A DNA stretch of 64,000 nt from the NCBI GenBank assembly GCA_050250895.1, contig JBFWNU010000007.1:320001-384000 (forward strand), read 5' to 3'. The notes beneath the pieces are model-generated. The model worked only from the letters and a program-made list of their open reading frames with translations, was not told where the DNA came from and did not search any database. A program made the position numbers and the translations under genes. Source of the DNA: Vulcanimicrobiota bacterium. GTDB taxonomy: Bacteria > Vulcanimicrobiota > Xenobia > Xenobiales > JADMJV01. This document shows, in pieces, positions 54,264 through 63,606 of the stretch; position 1 is the first letter of the stretch; each line of letters starts with the position of its first letter.

Positions 54264-54992
54264 TTGTTTTTCGAGTTCTGCGCATGGTTTTTCTTGACCA
54301 CCGCCGTGATGACCACCCACTGGTGGGTGCTTCGGCGGCGCTTCCGGCGCATCAATCAGCTGCTCACCGATGGGTGTCCGGCCGAATTCATCCTGGCGCT
54401 CGACGCCGAGATGCGGCGGGCTCACAGCCCTGAGGTAAGGGCGCTTTTCACCATCAGCCGCTCGGCCGGGCTATCTTATCTTGGCCGTTGGAGCGAGGCT
54501 ATCGACGACCTGGAGAATATCGACGCCGAATTGATCCGGCAACCCGAGGCCCGCGCGGTCTACTGCAACAACTTGCTTTATAGCCTGCTATTGGCGGGGA
54601 GTTTCGAGAAGGCCGCGCGCCTGGTCGATACCGAGACACGCTGGCTGGTTCCCGAGTATCGCCACCGCGACCTGAATCTTAGTCTGCGTGGGACCATGGC
54701 CACCTTTTACTATTTTCGAGGACTGACCGATGAGGCCCGGCGAGAGTTCGAACTGCTGGAGGCAGAGCTGCGGGGCCCCATGCAAACGGCCACCAGTCTC
54801 TATTTTCTGGCTCGTCTGGATCTGGCCGAGGGCGACACCGAGCGCGGTCTCGAACGACTCCGTCAGGTAGTGCACCTGGCCCCCCGAACGTTTTTCCCCG
54901 ACGAGGTAAAGGCGCTCAGCCTTGGGCAGGAGCGGATTGGCCCGCCGGGGGCTGCTCTGGTGGCTTCGGAAACAGATCGTCGCGGCGAATGA
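54264..54992 (+). CDS. membrane-anchored TPR-like protein
   Basis: N-terminal TM; helical repeats (GRWSEAI, GSFEKAA, GLTDEAR, GDTERGL). Confidence 0.7.
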   Translation: MFFEFCAWFFLTTAVMTTHWWVLRRRFRRINQLLTDGCPAEFILALDAEMRRAHSPEVRALFTISRSAGLSYLGRWSEAIDDLENIDAELIRQPEARAVYCNNLLYSLLLAGSFEKAARLVDTETRWLVPEYRHRDLNLSLRGTMATFYYFRGLTDEARREFELLEAELRGPMQTATSLYFLARLDLAEGDTERGLERLRQVVHLAPRTFFPDEVKALSLGQERIGPPGAALVASETDRRGE

Positions 54993-56199
54993 CCTCGTCC
55001 AGGAAAACCATGTTGGCCCGGGCCACTCGCTGGCGGATGGGGTCGATCTGCTCACGGTCCGGCTGGAAACTCTGCCCGATTTCGAGGGTGTAGCTGAAGA
55101 TGCCGTTGATATGGTGGATGTCGTGCGAGCCACCAGTGGTCGGGTAGAGAGAGGAACTCTGCATCAGGCGGTAGCGAGTGTCACCTAGAGCGTCGTTCAT
55201 CTTGGCGCCCACATCCTGATAGACGGCTGCATTGTCGACCGGATCGTAAGTGTTGCCCCAGGGGTAAAGGATCATTTGACCGTAGCCGTGATGATCGAGA
55301 ATTCCCTTGATATTGCCGCGACCGAGTTCGAGGTCGAGCATCGCCTGCGTCTCCCGCTCGGAGGCTCCAAAGGGCCCGCGATAAGTGTCGTCGTCGGGAT
55401 TGTCGCTGGTGCGACCGAAGTCGTCGCGCGTGCTGCAGGGCGTGTCTCCCGGAGGACGATAGACCCACTCGTGAGTGGGCACGTCGTCGGCGTAGTTGCG
55501 ATTGAGGTCCACGCCCATTCCCGCCTGAGGGTGCTGATTGTCGCAGAAGGTGTTGCTTACCGGTCGCCGGTTTTTGCGCCACCAGTTGTCCTGGGTGCGG
55601 CTGTACTCGTATCCATCGGGGTTGACCAGGGGCACGACCCAGATTTCGGCTTTGTCGACGCGGTCTTTCATGGCGGGATCGCTGGCGTAGCCCTCGACCA
55701 GTCGTTGGGCCACATACAGGGGCGCCTCCATCGACATCCATTCGCGGGCGTGATGGCAACCCGTGATGACCACTCCCGGCTTCTGGCGAGTGTCGTCGCT
55801 GGCCGCTCCCGAAGAGATCTTCAGGGCCCAGATTTCGCGACCCTCGTGGCTGGTGCCCAGGCTGACGCGCTGAGCGATGTCGGGATGGGTTTCGGCCAGG
55901 CGCGCCAGTTCGGCGGCAACCTCGTCATAGGTGTGGTAGTTCAGGGCATTAGCCGGCACCTCTTTGAGAAGGTGGGACTTGAACTCTTTGACCACCTTTT
56001 CCTGATCGACTACGTGGTAGGTCGGGTCTTCGAGCGCGTCGGTCTTGATCAGATAGTCCATAATCTCTTGATCGTCGAGAACGCTATCTTCGTTTGCGTC
56101 GATCCGGGCAGCTTCGGCCTTGCACTCGCGGTGAACCTGGAACTCCCGGCCCTCCCGGTGGAATTTGTAAAGGTTGCTTTCAATACTTGTGGTCGCCAT
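54916..56199 (-). CDS. M14 zinc carboxypeptidase (carboxypeptidase T-like) with N-terminal EF-hand-like motif
   Basis: HHAREW, NPDG, WRKNR, GVDLNRNY, HGYGQMILYPWG, YTLEIG; DANEDSVLDDQE. Confidence 0.92.
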   Translation of the reverse strand: MATTSIESNLYKFHREGREFQVHRECKAEAARIDANEDSVLDDQEIMDYLIKTDALEDPTYHVVDQEKVVKEFKSHLLKEVPANALNYHTYDEVAAELARLAETHPDIAQRVSLGTSHEGREIWALKISSGAASDDTRQKPGVVITGCHHAREWMSMEAPLYVAQRLVEGYASDPAMKDRVDKAEIWVVPLVNPDGYEYSRTQDNWWRKNRRPVSNTFCDNQHPQAGMGVDLNRNYADDVPTHEWVYRPPGDTPCSTRDDFGRTSDNPDDDTYRGPFGASERETQAMLDLELGRGNIKGILDHHGYGQMILYPWGNTYDPVDNAAVYQDVGAKMNDALGDTRYRLMQSSSLYPTTGGSHDIHHINGIFSYTLEIGQSFQPDREQIDPIRQRVARANMVFLDEVIRRDDLFPKPPEQPPAGQSAPAQG

Positions 56200-56265
56200 A
56201 AAGGCAAGTTATCAGTGCCACCTTGCGCAGGCGCGATCACCATGTAAACAAACGGTCAGGAAGGG

Positions 56266-56294
56266 TTGACCTGAGCCGCGATCGTTACTACCAT
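56266..56294 (+). promoter_or_regulatory. sigma70-like promoter TTGACC-N17-TACCAT
   Basis: -10 lies 7 nt before GTG 56302 (leaderless arrangement). Confidence 0.55.
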
Positions 56295-56301
56295 GCGCTG
56301 C

Positions 56302-57948
56302 GTGGTAGGTGCGAAGAAAACGACCACTCGGATTCGCGTCCCGCGCGGATTTCGTCCCCGCGATTGGGCTCGCGAAGCCTATGCCCTCTATCTCAAGAGC
56401 GAGCAGAAGGACTTCTCCGTCAACGCCTGCCCCGGCGCTGGCAAGACCAAGTTCGCGGTGATGCTGGCGTTCAACGAGCTTCATCGGGGAGCGGTCGATC
56501 GCATCGACATCGTGGGCCCCTCGACCCATATTTGCGAGCAATGGATGCGCGAGATGGCTGTTTGGGGGGTTCATCTCGACCCGGAGAACTTTCGCGAATC
56601 GCGCGACTGCATCGGCCGGGTCATGACGTATCAACGTCTCGGCATGGATCCCAAGGGCTTCCAATTGCTGCCGGGGCGGCGCACCCTGGTCATCCTTGAC
56701 GAGATCCATCATGCGGGCGATTCCCGCAGTTGGGGAGAGGGATTGCGTCTGGCCTTCGATGGGGCCACCCGTCGTCTGCTGCTTTCGGGTACACCCTTTC
56801 GCAGCGACAACAATAGCATTCCGTTTATTCGCTACAGCCAGGGACAAAAGGGAACCAGCATCAGCGACTACACCTACGGTTATGGCGAAGCCTTGCGCGA
56901 CAACTACTGCGCGCCCCTCTATTTCCCGCACCACGACGGGGAGTTCGAGTGGGAACGCGACGGCGAGAGCTATCGGGCGGATTTCGAGAAAGCGCTCAGT
57001 CGCAGCCGGGCCGCCGATCGAATGCGGACCGCCCTGGAGCCGACCGGAGATTACGTGCGGGGAATGCTGATGGAGGCTCATCGCCACCTGCGCGAGATCC
57101 GCATCAATCACGAAGAAGCGGCCGGCATTGTGTTCGGGCGTGATGTCGAGAACGTGAGAGCGCTGGCCGATGTCCTCTACGAGATTTCCGGCGTAGAACC
57201 GGTGACCGTAACCGTCGACGACCCCGACGCCGGTCAGCGCATTCGGGATTTTCGTCGCGGGGTCGCGCCCTGGATCGTCTCGGTCAAGATGGTTTCCGAA
57301 GGGGTAGACATTCCCCGTTTGCGGGTGGGGGTCTTTTTGACCAATGTTCGCACCGAAATGTTCTTTCGGCAGGCGGCCGGCAGACTGGTGCGTCTGGTCG
57401 ACGGACTCGAAGACCAGTCAGGCTATCTCTATATTCCTTCGATCCCACGCCTGGTGAGCTTTGCCACCGATCTGCAGCGCGAACGCAACCACTTTATCGA
57501 AAACAAGAACAAAGAGGGCCTGGTGAGTCTGCCGTTGTTGCCCGACGAGAGCGAAGAACGAGAAGAATCGGATTATCGTTTTCTCGGGTCGCGCGGCGAG
57601 CGACGCGGGGTCATCGAGTCGGGGCCGCCTACGGATGCGCGGGGGCAAACCTTCTTTGACTTCGCGGCCGAACTTGTAGAGACCGAGCCCGAGCCACCGC
57701 CCCGACCGGCCCCGGTCCCTGACGAACCGGCTTTGCTGCATGAGCAGAAAGAGTTCGTCAGGCGCAAGGGCGGTCGAATCTCGAGCCTGGTTCGTCAGAT
57801 CCATCTGGCCCACGAGGTGCCCTACCAGCAGGTCCATGCCGTGCTCAACCGACGTCAAAAAGTGTCTTCCCAGGCCGAGTGCACCCTGGAACAACTGGTC
57901 GAGCGCGAACGCCTGCTCGAGCGCTGGTTGTCTAAAGGTTCGGCCTAA
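56302..57948 (+). CDS. SF2 DEAD/DEAH-box helicase
   Basis: PGAGKT, LDEIHH, LSGTPFRSD, VKMVSEGVDIPRL, FRQAAGR. Confidence 0.9.
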   Translation: MVGAKKTTTRIRVPRGFRPRDWAREAYALYLKSEQKDFSVNACPGAGKTKFAVMLAFNELHRGAVDRIDIVGPSTHICEQWMREMAVWGVHLDPENFRESRDCIGRVMTYQRLGMDPKGFQLLPGRRTLVILDEIHHAGDSRSWGEGLRLAFDGATRRLLLSGTPFRSDNNSIPFIRYSQGQKGTSISDYTYGYGEALRDNYCAPLYFPHHDGEFEWERDGESYRADFEKALSRSRAADRMRTALEPTGDYVRGMLMEAHRHLREIRINHEEAAGIVFGRDVENVRALADVLYEISGVEPVTVTVDDPDAGQRIRDFRRGVAPWIVSVKMVSEGVDIPRLRVGVFLTNVRTEMFFRQAAGRLVRLVDGLEDQSGYLYIPSIPRLVSFATDLQRERNHFIENKNKEGLVSLPLLPDESEEREESDYRFLGSRGERRGVIESGPPTDARGQTFFDFAAELVETEPEPPPRPAPVPDEPALLHEQKEFVRRKGGRISSLVRQIHLAHEVPYQQVHAVLNRRQKVSSQAECTLEQLVERERLLERWLSKGSA

Positions 57949-58979
57949 CCTTCTTTGAGGGCTTCACGAGCTCGTTCGTAGTGACGGTGATAGCGTTTAC
58001 TGCGGGGATCGTGCGGTCCCCATAGGCGAGTGGCCATCATGAAGGCTTCTCGCTCGGCCTTCTCGGCCTGGGCGTACTCTTGCCAGCCAAAATGAAGCCC
58101 GCCCACGTTGTCATACAGCGAGGCGACCTCTTCGTGATCCGGCATCCCCAGGGATTCCCACATCGCAAAAGCCTCTTGAAACAGCTGCTGGGCCCGTTCC
58201 GGAGAGCCCGTGGACAGAGCGGCCTGTCCCAGGCCGTTGAGGCAGCAGGCCATCTCGGCCGGGTCGGGAATCAGACGCGCTTTTTGGATCTTGAGGGCTG
58301 ACTCAAACCAGGGCACGGCACTGGCGGCTTTCTTCTGGCGTAGATGGACCTGGCCCAGTTCGCGCTGGGTGCGCGCCAGCCGGGGGTCGATCTCGCCCCA
58401 CACCCTGGCGATCTGCATGGCAGCCTTGAGTTTTTCTTCGGCCGAGTCGAGGTCTTGCTCGGCCAGACAGACCAGACCCTGGCGCCGCAGGCGCAACCAG
58501 AAGTCTTGCTTGCTGATCTTGAGGGTGGCAAAGTCGGCGTCGTCCTGGCTGCTGGCTGTATTGGTTGCTTCTTCCAGTCGCGACTCGAGGGTGAGGGCGA
58601 TGCCCCGGGCCTGGGTCAGCTGAACCGCCGAGAAGGCCGAACTCTGACGATGATCTCCATAGAAGAAGCCGATCACCTTGGAGGCCAGGTCGCGAACCGG
58701 AACCACCAGGATCGAGACGGCCGTGTCACAGGGCTCGTTCAGCTGGGCGTCGGCCTGCTCGATGCGCAGCGGTTCCCCGCTTTGAAGCACACAATCCGTG
58801 GCCTCGCGGCTGATGGGGCAGTCCTCGATTCTAGCCACCCGGGCCAGGCCATGAAAGGCGCGCGGAACGGGACCTTCACTCGCATCCTCGGCCACACAAA
58901 CCAGGGCCCGCTCGGCTGCGGTCGTCTCTACGAAGCGCTGCAATTCTCTCACGAAAATAGCTTGTTTTGAATCGCTCAC
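57945..58979 (-). CDS. GAF + TPR domain protein
   Basis: GAF-like SILVVP..IGFFYGDH...AFS; kinesin-light-chain-type TPRs (DPRLART, MACCLNGLG, HEEVASLYDNVG). Confidence 0.8.
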   Translation of the reverse strand: MSDSKQAIFVRELQRFVETTAAERALVCVAEDASEGPVPRAFHGLARVARIEDCPISREATDCVLQSGEPLRIEQADAQLNEPCDTAVSILVVPVRDLASKVIGFFYGDHRQSSAFSAVQLTQARGIALTLESRLEEATNTASSQDDADFATLKISKQDFWLRLRRQGLVCLAEQDLDSAEEKLKAAMQIARVWGEIDPRLARTQRELGQVHLRQKKAASAVPWFESALKIQKARLIPDPAEMACCLNGLGQAALSTGSPERAQQLFQEAFAMWESLGMPDHEEVASLYDNVGGLHFGWQEYAQAEKAEREAFMMATRLWGPHDPRSKRYHRHYERAREALKEG

Positions 58980-59077
58980 CAGGCCGAGCTTTTTTGGGCG
59001 CCCGCGGCTTGTTCCTTCACCGAGTGTGGAGAATTCTTCCGATGCAGTCGAGGCGTAATTGTGTTACGATGTCGTTT

Positions 59078-59539
59078 GTGAGAAGACTTGGGCGGCGTGG
59101 GTTGACCGTGGGCGAGTTAATGGTTGCGAGCGCCCTGCTGGGGATGATCATGGTGACGATGATGATCATGTTCGGGCAGATGATGGCGACTAGCTCCAAG
59201 AACACGATGTTGGCGGCCGGTTCGTATCTAGCGGACGGTATCCTCGAGAATCAGATCACCAAAGCCAAGGATTCCAACCCGTCCTTCGTCTCGGTGCCGC
59301 TCGATTCGAGTCAGTGGGTCAAGACGACCGACCCCAACAGCCAAACCGAGTTTCTCTATCGCGTCGAGGCCGAGCAGATCGGCGGCACGCCTGGCGGGCA
59401 GCCGGGGGAGGTGTGGTATGTCCAGGTCGAAGTGGCCTGGTGGCAGTCCGGAGGCAACGTCAATAGCCAGGCTTATCGGGCCGGATATGGAAAGCTGAAC
59501 CTCAAGCGAGGTCGAGTGATCTATGTTCAGAGAGATTAG
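59078..59539 (+). CDS. type IV minor pilin / pseudopilin (PilV/GspI-like)
   Basis: Class III signal RRG|LTVGELMV with Glu+5; VQVEVAW. Start is GTG 59078 or ATG 59069. Confidence 0.82.
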   Translation: MRRLGRRGLTVGELMVASALLGMIMVTMMIMFGQMMATSSKNTMLAAGSYLADGILENQITKAKDSNPSFVSVPLDSSQWVKTTDPNSQTEFLYRVEAEQIGGTPGGQPGEVWYVQVEVAWWQSGGNVNSQAYRAGYGKLNLKRGRVIYVQRD

Positions 59540-60239
59540 GCGCGGCTTTTCGCTACTTGAACTGATGTTCGCGGTAGCTCTCTTCTCTCTGCTCATGATC
59601 ATGGTATTCGCCTTCTTTCAGTACGCCACGCGTTCGTTTCAGCTGGCCAGCGTACGCCAGGGGATTCAGTCCGACGGCCTTCGAGTCATGAATAGCCTCC
59701 AGTCAGACCTTCGCCGTACCGCCGAGTCGACCATCACGCTCGATCCGCGCCTGGCTACTGTTACCGTAAACGGCACCACTCCTCGTCGCGACGCGATATC
59801 GCTGGGCGGCCTCTACAACTGGACCGACGCCAGTAATACCGACAATTTCGATCCGGGGACCGGTCAGCCTCGCTGGAATCGTTACATCGTCTACTATGCT
59901 ACCCGCAACGAAGAGGGCGCTCACCTCTACAAACTGGTGCTAGAGCCGGCCCCTCCGCCGATCGCGCCCATCGCCTTGCCCCTGGTCGACCTGCAAGACG
60001 CCTCCCGAGACGACCCTTCGACCAACGTCTTTCAGGGCAGCAGTCCGGCTTTCGTCTTGCTGGCCAAGAATGTCCAGGAATTTTCGCTGGAAAACAAGGC
60101 TGGCACCATCCAGGTCAACGTGACGTTGCGGGAGCGGCGGGGTGCCAGACCCAACAGCGGGCAAGGGTCGGGCGAAGAAGTGTTCGAGTTGATGACGGGC
60201 GTTCGTCCCGAGAACACCTATCCCAGCACAAAGTTTTAG
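59523..60239 (+). CDS. type IV minor pilin / pseudopilin (PilW/GspJ-like)
   Basis: RRG|FSLLELM with Glu+5; LQSDLR; LAKNV. Confidence 0.85.
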   Translation: MFREIRRGFSLLELMFAVALFSLLMIMVFAFFQYATRSFQLASVRQGIQSDGLRVMNSLQSDLRRTAESTITLDPRLATVTVNGTTPRRDAISLGGLYNWTDASNTDNFDPGTGQPRWNRYIVYYATRNEEGAHLYKLVLEPAPPPIAPIALPLVDLQDASRDDPSTNVFQGSSPAFVLLAKNVQEFSLENKAGTIQVNVTLRERRGARPNSGQGSGEEVFELMTGVRPENTYPSTKF

Positions 60240-60290
60240 AAAAAGCCAATCGGGCTGGAATCCAGGCCGAAAAATTGTTAAACTTCTGGT

Positions 60291-62570
60291 ATGGGTAGAG
60301 TCGGGGTTAGCAAACGAGGTATCGCCCTCATATCGGTTCTGATGTTGTGCGCTCTTCTATTGACGCTCATCGGAGCCTTCGTCACCGTAAATCAGGCCTC
60401 TTCCAGGCTGACAGGCAACACTTTGACACGCAATCGGGCTCAGGATGCCTGCATGGCAGCGGTGGATCTTGCCTGGTACGAGCTTGAGCTCGACAAAGAT
60501 TGGGGCACAGGGGCAAGCCTGGGTTATCCCGGGGTAAAGCTGGTGCCGACCGCCGATCCCCATCTACAACTCCAGGAGAAGAGCGACGCCGATGGGCTGT
60601 ACCTCGAGGGCTCTCTCAGTGAGAATGGCGACTTCGACGCGCCCAACGCAGCTCGCTTCGAATTGCGAATCTACAATAACCTGAATTCTCGCTACCCCCT
60701 GGCTGGCGATTATCCGGTTCAGCCCCGGAGCGTCCGCTTGCGGGTCAAAGCCAGGTGTGGTTTGACCACCCGCACGGTCGACACCTTGCTACGGCAGGTG
60801 CCTTTCTCGCACGAGTCGATGGCCGCCAATGGTCGTGCCTCTGTGAATGGCGACCTGGCTCGCTTCGAAAGTCACGACCCCTACGTCAATCGCCTTAAAG
60901 CCGATGAGATGGTGCTGCCGTCGGCCGCCAACACTCGCTTTGTGGAACGCGGCGAGGCCACCGTGGCCAGCGGCAATCCCCTCTACCTGGGCGGCAGCAA
61001 CCTGGCCAGTCCCGGCTATGATAAAGCGTCTGACGAGAAGAAGACGGGCGGACAGTTCACTCTCGATGGGGCGAGCCCGAACGTGCCCGATCTCGACTCG
61101 AGCAAGTTGAAATTGCCGAGCACTACCGTCGAACTCGACGGCGGCACTTACGAGTTCGGCAATCTCGACCGCATCGAGTGGGTCAACCACACGATCGGAT
61201 ATAGCGTTCCCGACCCGATGGGTGGCAGCCATACCGAGTACTGCACCCGTTTTCAGAAAAAGACCACGACCTATACTTCGCTCAACGGCCCCAACGGCAA
61301 AGCCTGGGTGTCCGACAACGCAACGGCTACGGCCTTTGACCCTCCCTACGATCCTGGTTACGGTGACACCGGCTACGGATACGGGAGTGCGGGCGTGTCG
61401 TCTCCCCCCCTGGGTATGCAGCAAGACGTATGGACCATCGCTGGCACCGAAGGGGCCGGAGTGACGGTTAACCTGGCTACGGGACAGATGACGGTATCCT
61501 CGGGTGTGACCGTGCACGCCGATGGCGACTTCTTCCTGATCGCCGATGGCGACACCGCGCCCCAGCTTCTGTTTGGATATGACATCGATAGCGGCGGAGT
61601 GCCGATGCAGCAATCGCTCAAAGACGGTCTTCAAGCCGCTCAGGATAATCCTAAGCAGTATATGGCGGCCATGACCACTGACGGCGATTTCAAGGTCAGC
61701 GGCGACGCCGCCGGCTACGGCTCGATCCTGGCCAACGGAGCCCTCACTTTGCAGGCATCCTCCGGCTTTCGCTCGGCCCCGGAGTTGGGTGTGGTCATCA
61801 AAGGCGAGACCGTCACTATCAACCCGGCCAAGGATCCCGAACCCTCTTTTCCTGGCGAACCGACCTCGGTGGATTACTCGGTCTTCCGCGACGCAATCAA
61901 CACCTATGCCGGTGGTGACTGGACTAGCTTCGACCAGTGGCTCGACCTGACCGGAACTCAGCGAGACGCCATCGTGGGCACGGCACCCGGGGCCGATTTG
62001 CGCTCTACCCAGTTGCCTCAGAATGCAGATTACTACTACAACCAACTCAAGGCCGAGATGGGCTTGACCTTGCCTCCGCCTAACTTCGTAGCCGAGTTTG
62101 GCTCCGAGTGGGGCGGCTCGAGCATCTCGCTCGAACAGTATGCCCGCATGAAAGAATGGATGCAGACGGTCGCCAGCGGTTTCAAGAAAGGCAACGGCGA
62201 CGACTCCTGGATGCATATGGACCAGCGGATCAACGAAGTGGGGACACGTCTGGAGAATCAGCTCTCCTCTCACGCTAGCTGGGCCAAGAGTTATAAAGTC
62301 GATCTTCAGACCTATCTGGCCAATCCCGACCAGGTCGTGCCCGACATGTTCTATCAGGGTCTGCTCTACGCCGGCAGCGGCGGGTTGTCCGTGAACGCAA
62401 CCGGCAAGTCGGTTCGGCTGGAAGGTTCGATGATGAGCAAGGGCGACATTCAGGTCGACGGCGCAAAGGTCGAAATCGTTTATGACCGCGACCTTCTCGA
62501 CGACCTGTTCCAGTCGACCCTCGGAGCCAACGGTCTTCGGCTTGAGCGCGTTTTCTTCAATCTCAACTAG
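60291..62570 (+). CDS. large PilX/GspK-like pilin (759 aa)
   Basis: KRG|IALISVL lacking Glu+5; AQDACMAAV; large beta-rich C-terminal region ending GLLYAG...GSMMSKG...YD. Confidence 0.8.
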   Translation: MGRVGVSKRGIALISVLMLCALLLTLIGAFVTVNQASSRLTGNTLTRNRAQDACMAAVDLAWYELELDKDWGTGASLGYPGVKLVPTADPHLQLQEKSDADGLYLEGSLSENGDFDAPNAARFELRIYNNLNSRYPLAGDYPVQPRSVRLRVKARCGLTTRTVDTLLRQVPFSHESMAANGRASVNGDLARFESHDPYVNRLKADEMVLPSAANTRFVERGEATVASGNPLYLGGSNLASPGYDKASDEKKTGGQFTLDGASPNVPDLDSSKLKLPSTTVELDGGTYEFGNLDRIEWVNHTIGYSVPDPMGGSHTEYCTRFQKKTTTYTSLNGPNGKAWVSDNATATAFDPPYDPGYGDTGYGYGSAGVSSPPLGMQQDVWTIAGTEGAGVTVNLATGQMTVSSGVTVHADGDFFLIADGDTAPQLLFGYDIDSGGVPMQQSLKDGLQAAQDNPKQYMAAMTTDGDFKVSGDAAGYGSILANGALTLQASSGFRSAPELGVVIKGETVTINPAKDPEPSFPGEPTSVDYSVFRDAINTYAGGDWTSFDQWLDLTGTQRDAIVGTAPGADLRSTQLPQNADYYYNQLKAEMGLTLPPPNFVAEFGSEWGGSSISLEQYARMKEWMQTVASGFKKGNGDDSWMHMDQRINEVGTRLENQLSSHASWAKSYKVDLQTYLANPDQVVPDMFYQGLLYAGSGGLSVNATGKSVRLEGSMMSKGDIQVDGAKVEIVYDRDLLDDLFQSTLGANGLRLERVFFNLN

Positions 62571-62628
62571 GTCACCGCGGCCCTGGTGGCAAAGCCTCGG
62601 GGGAAAGAGGTAGAGCCACACCCCCGCA

Positions 62629-63606
62629 ATGAAAAGCTCGGTCATAGCCCTGCTAAAAGAAGCCTGCAAGTTTCTACAGAGCTTCTCCAATTGTCAGGGG
62701 GCCGTCGTTTTCTTGCGCGATGATCTCCATAAGCCCCTGGTGGCTCGGCTGACGCGTGGCATCGAGCCCACGGATTTGCGGGCTTACTGTCCTCGCGACG
62801 TGCTCGAAGAGGTTCAGCGAACCCGCAAGAGTGTGCTGGTCATGGACTCCAAGAAAGACTCGCGATTTCGAGACCAGAAGGCTCCTTTCCGGTCGGCTTT
62901 CTACGTGCCGATTCTCGATGCCCAGCATCGTTCGATCGGCTTGTTCTACGCCATGAATTCCACCAAACCCGTCGCCTTCTCGCTGGCTCACCTGGCTCAG
63001 GTTGAAGACTATGCTCGAAGCTTGGGCGAGAAGCTGGTCGAGTTGCGCTGGACCGAGGCCGAGGCGCCGCCCCCTCCACCTCCGCCACGGCTGGCCAGGC
63101 TACCCTCGCTGCCCCCCCTGAGTGAAGTTCCGTCCAAGCTGAAGTGGCTGGTGCCTCTGGCCCTGGTCCTACTGTTGCTGACCGGCTTCGGAGTGTGGCG
63201 CTGGAAGGGCCGCCAGAGCCAGGCCGGAGGCGCTCCGCCGGTGGTTTCGGCCACGGCCACACCCAACCAACCCACCGGTCCTTTGCAAGGCTACATCGTG
63301 CTCGAAGGCACCTTGCTCCAAAGACCCGACTTCAGGCCGATGGCTTCGTCGGCGGTGGCTCGGGGAACTCTGCTCCTCACTCTGGGTGACGAGCATTTGA
63401 GCGCGTCAGGGTCAGACCTCAAGCTGGCCTGGGGAGGAGCTTTCTCGGCCAGTTGCCGGACTACCCTCTCCGACCCTAAGGGTCGAGCCAAGGTTCGCCT
63501 GACGGTGCCTGGCTATAAGCCGGTCGCCCTCACGGTGCAAGTCAACTCGGGTAAAGCTTCGCTGGGGAGGGTCATCTTCGCCCCGGCTCAAGGCTTCAAG
63601 AAATAG
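62629..63606 (+). CDS. GAF domain - Pro linker - TM - extracytoplasmic domain protein
   Basis: DSKKDSRF...RSAFYVP...IGLFYA...AFS; poly-Pro linker; single TM; beta-rich C-terminus. Confidence 0.75.
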   Translation: MKSSVIALLKEACKFLQSFSNCQGAVVFLRDDLHKPLVARLTRGIEPTDLRAYCPRDVLEEVQRTRKSVLVMDSKKDSRFRDQKAPFRSAFYVPILDAQHRSIGLFYAMNSTKPVAFSLAHLAQVEDYARSLGEKLVELRWTEAEAPPPPPPPRLARLPSLPPLSEVPSKLKWLVPLALVLLLLTGFGVWRWKGRQSQAGGAPPVVSATATPNQPTGPLQGYIVLEGTLLQRPDFRPMASSAVARGTLLLTLGDEHLSASGSDLKLAWGGAFSASCRTTLSDPKGRAKVRLTVPGYKPVALTVQVNSGKASLGRVIFAPAQGFKK

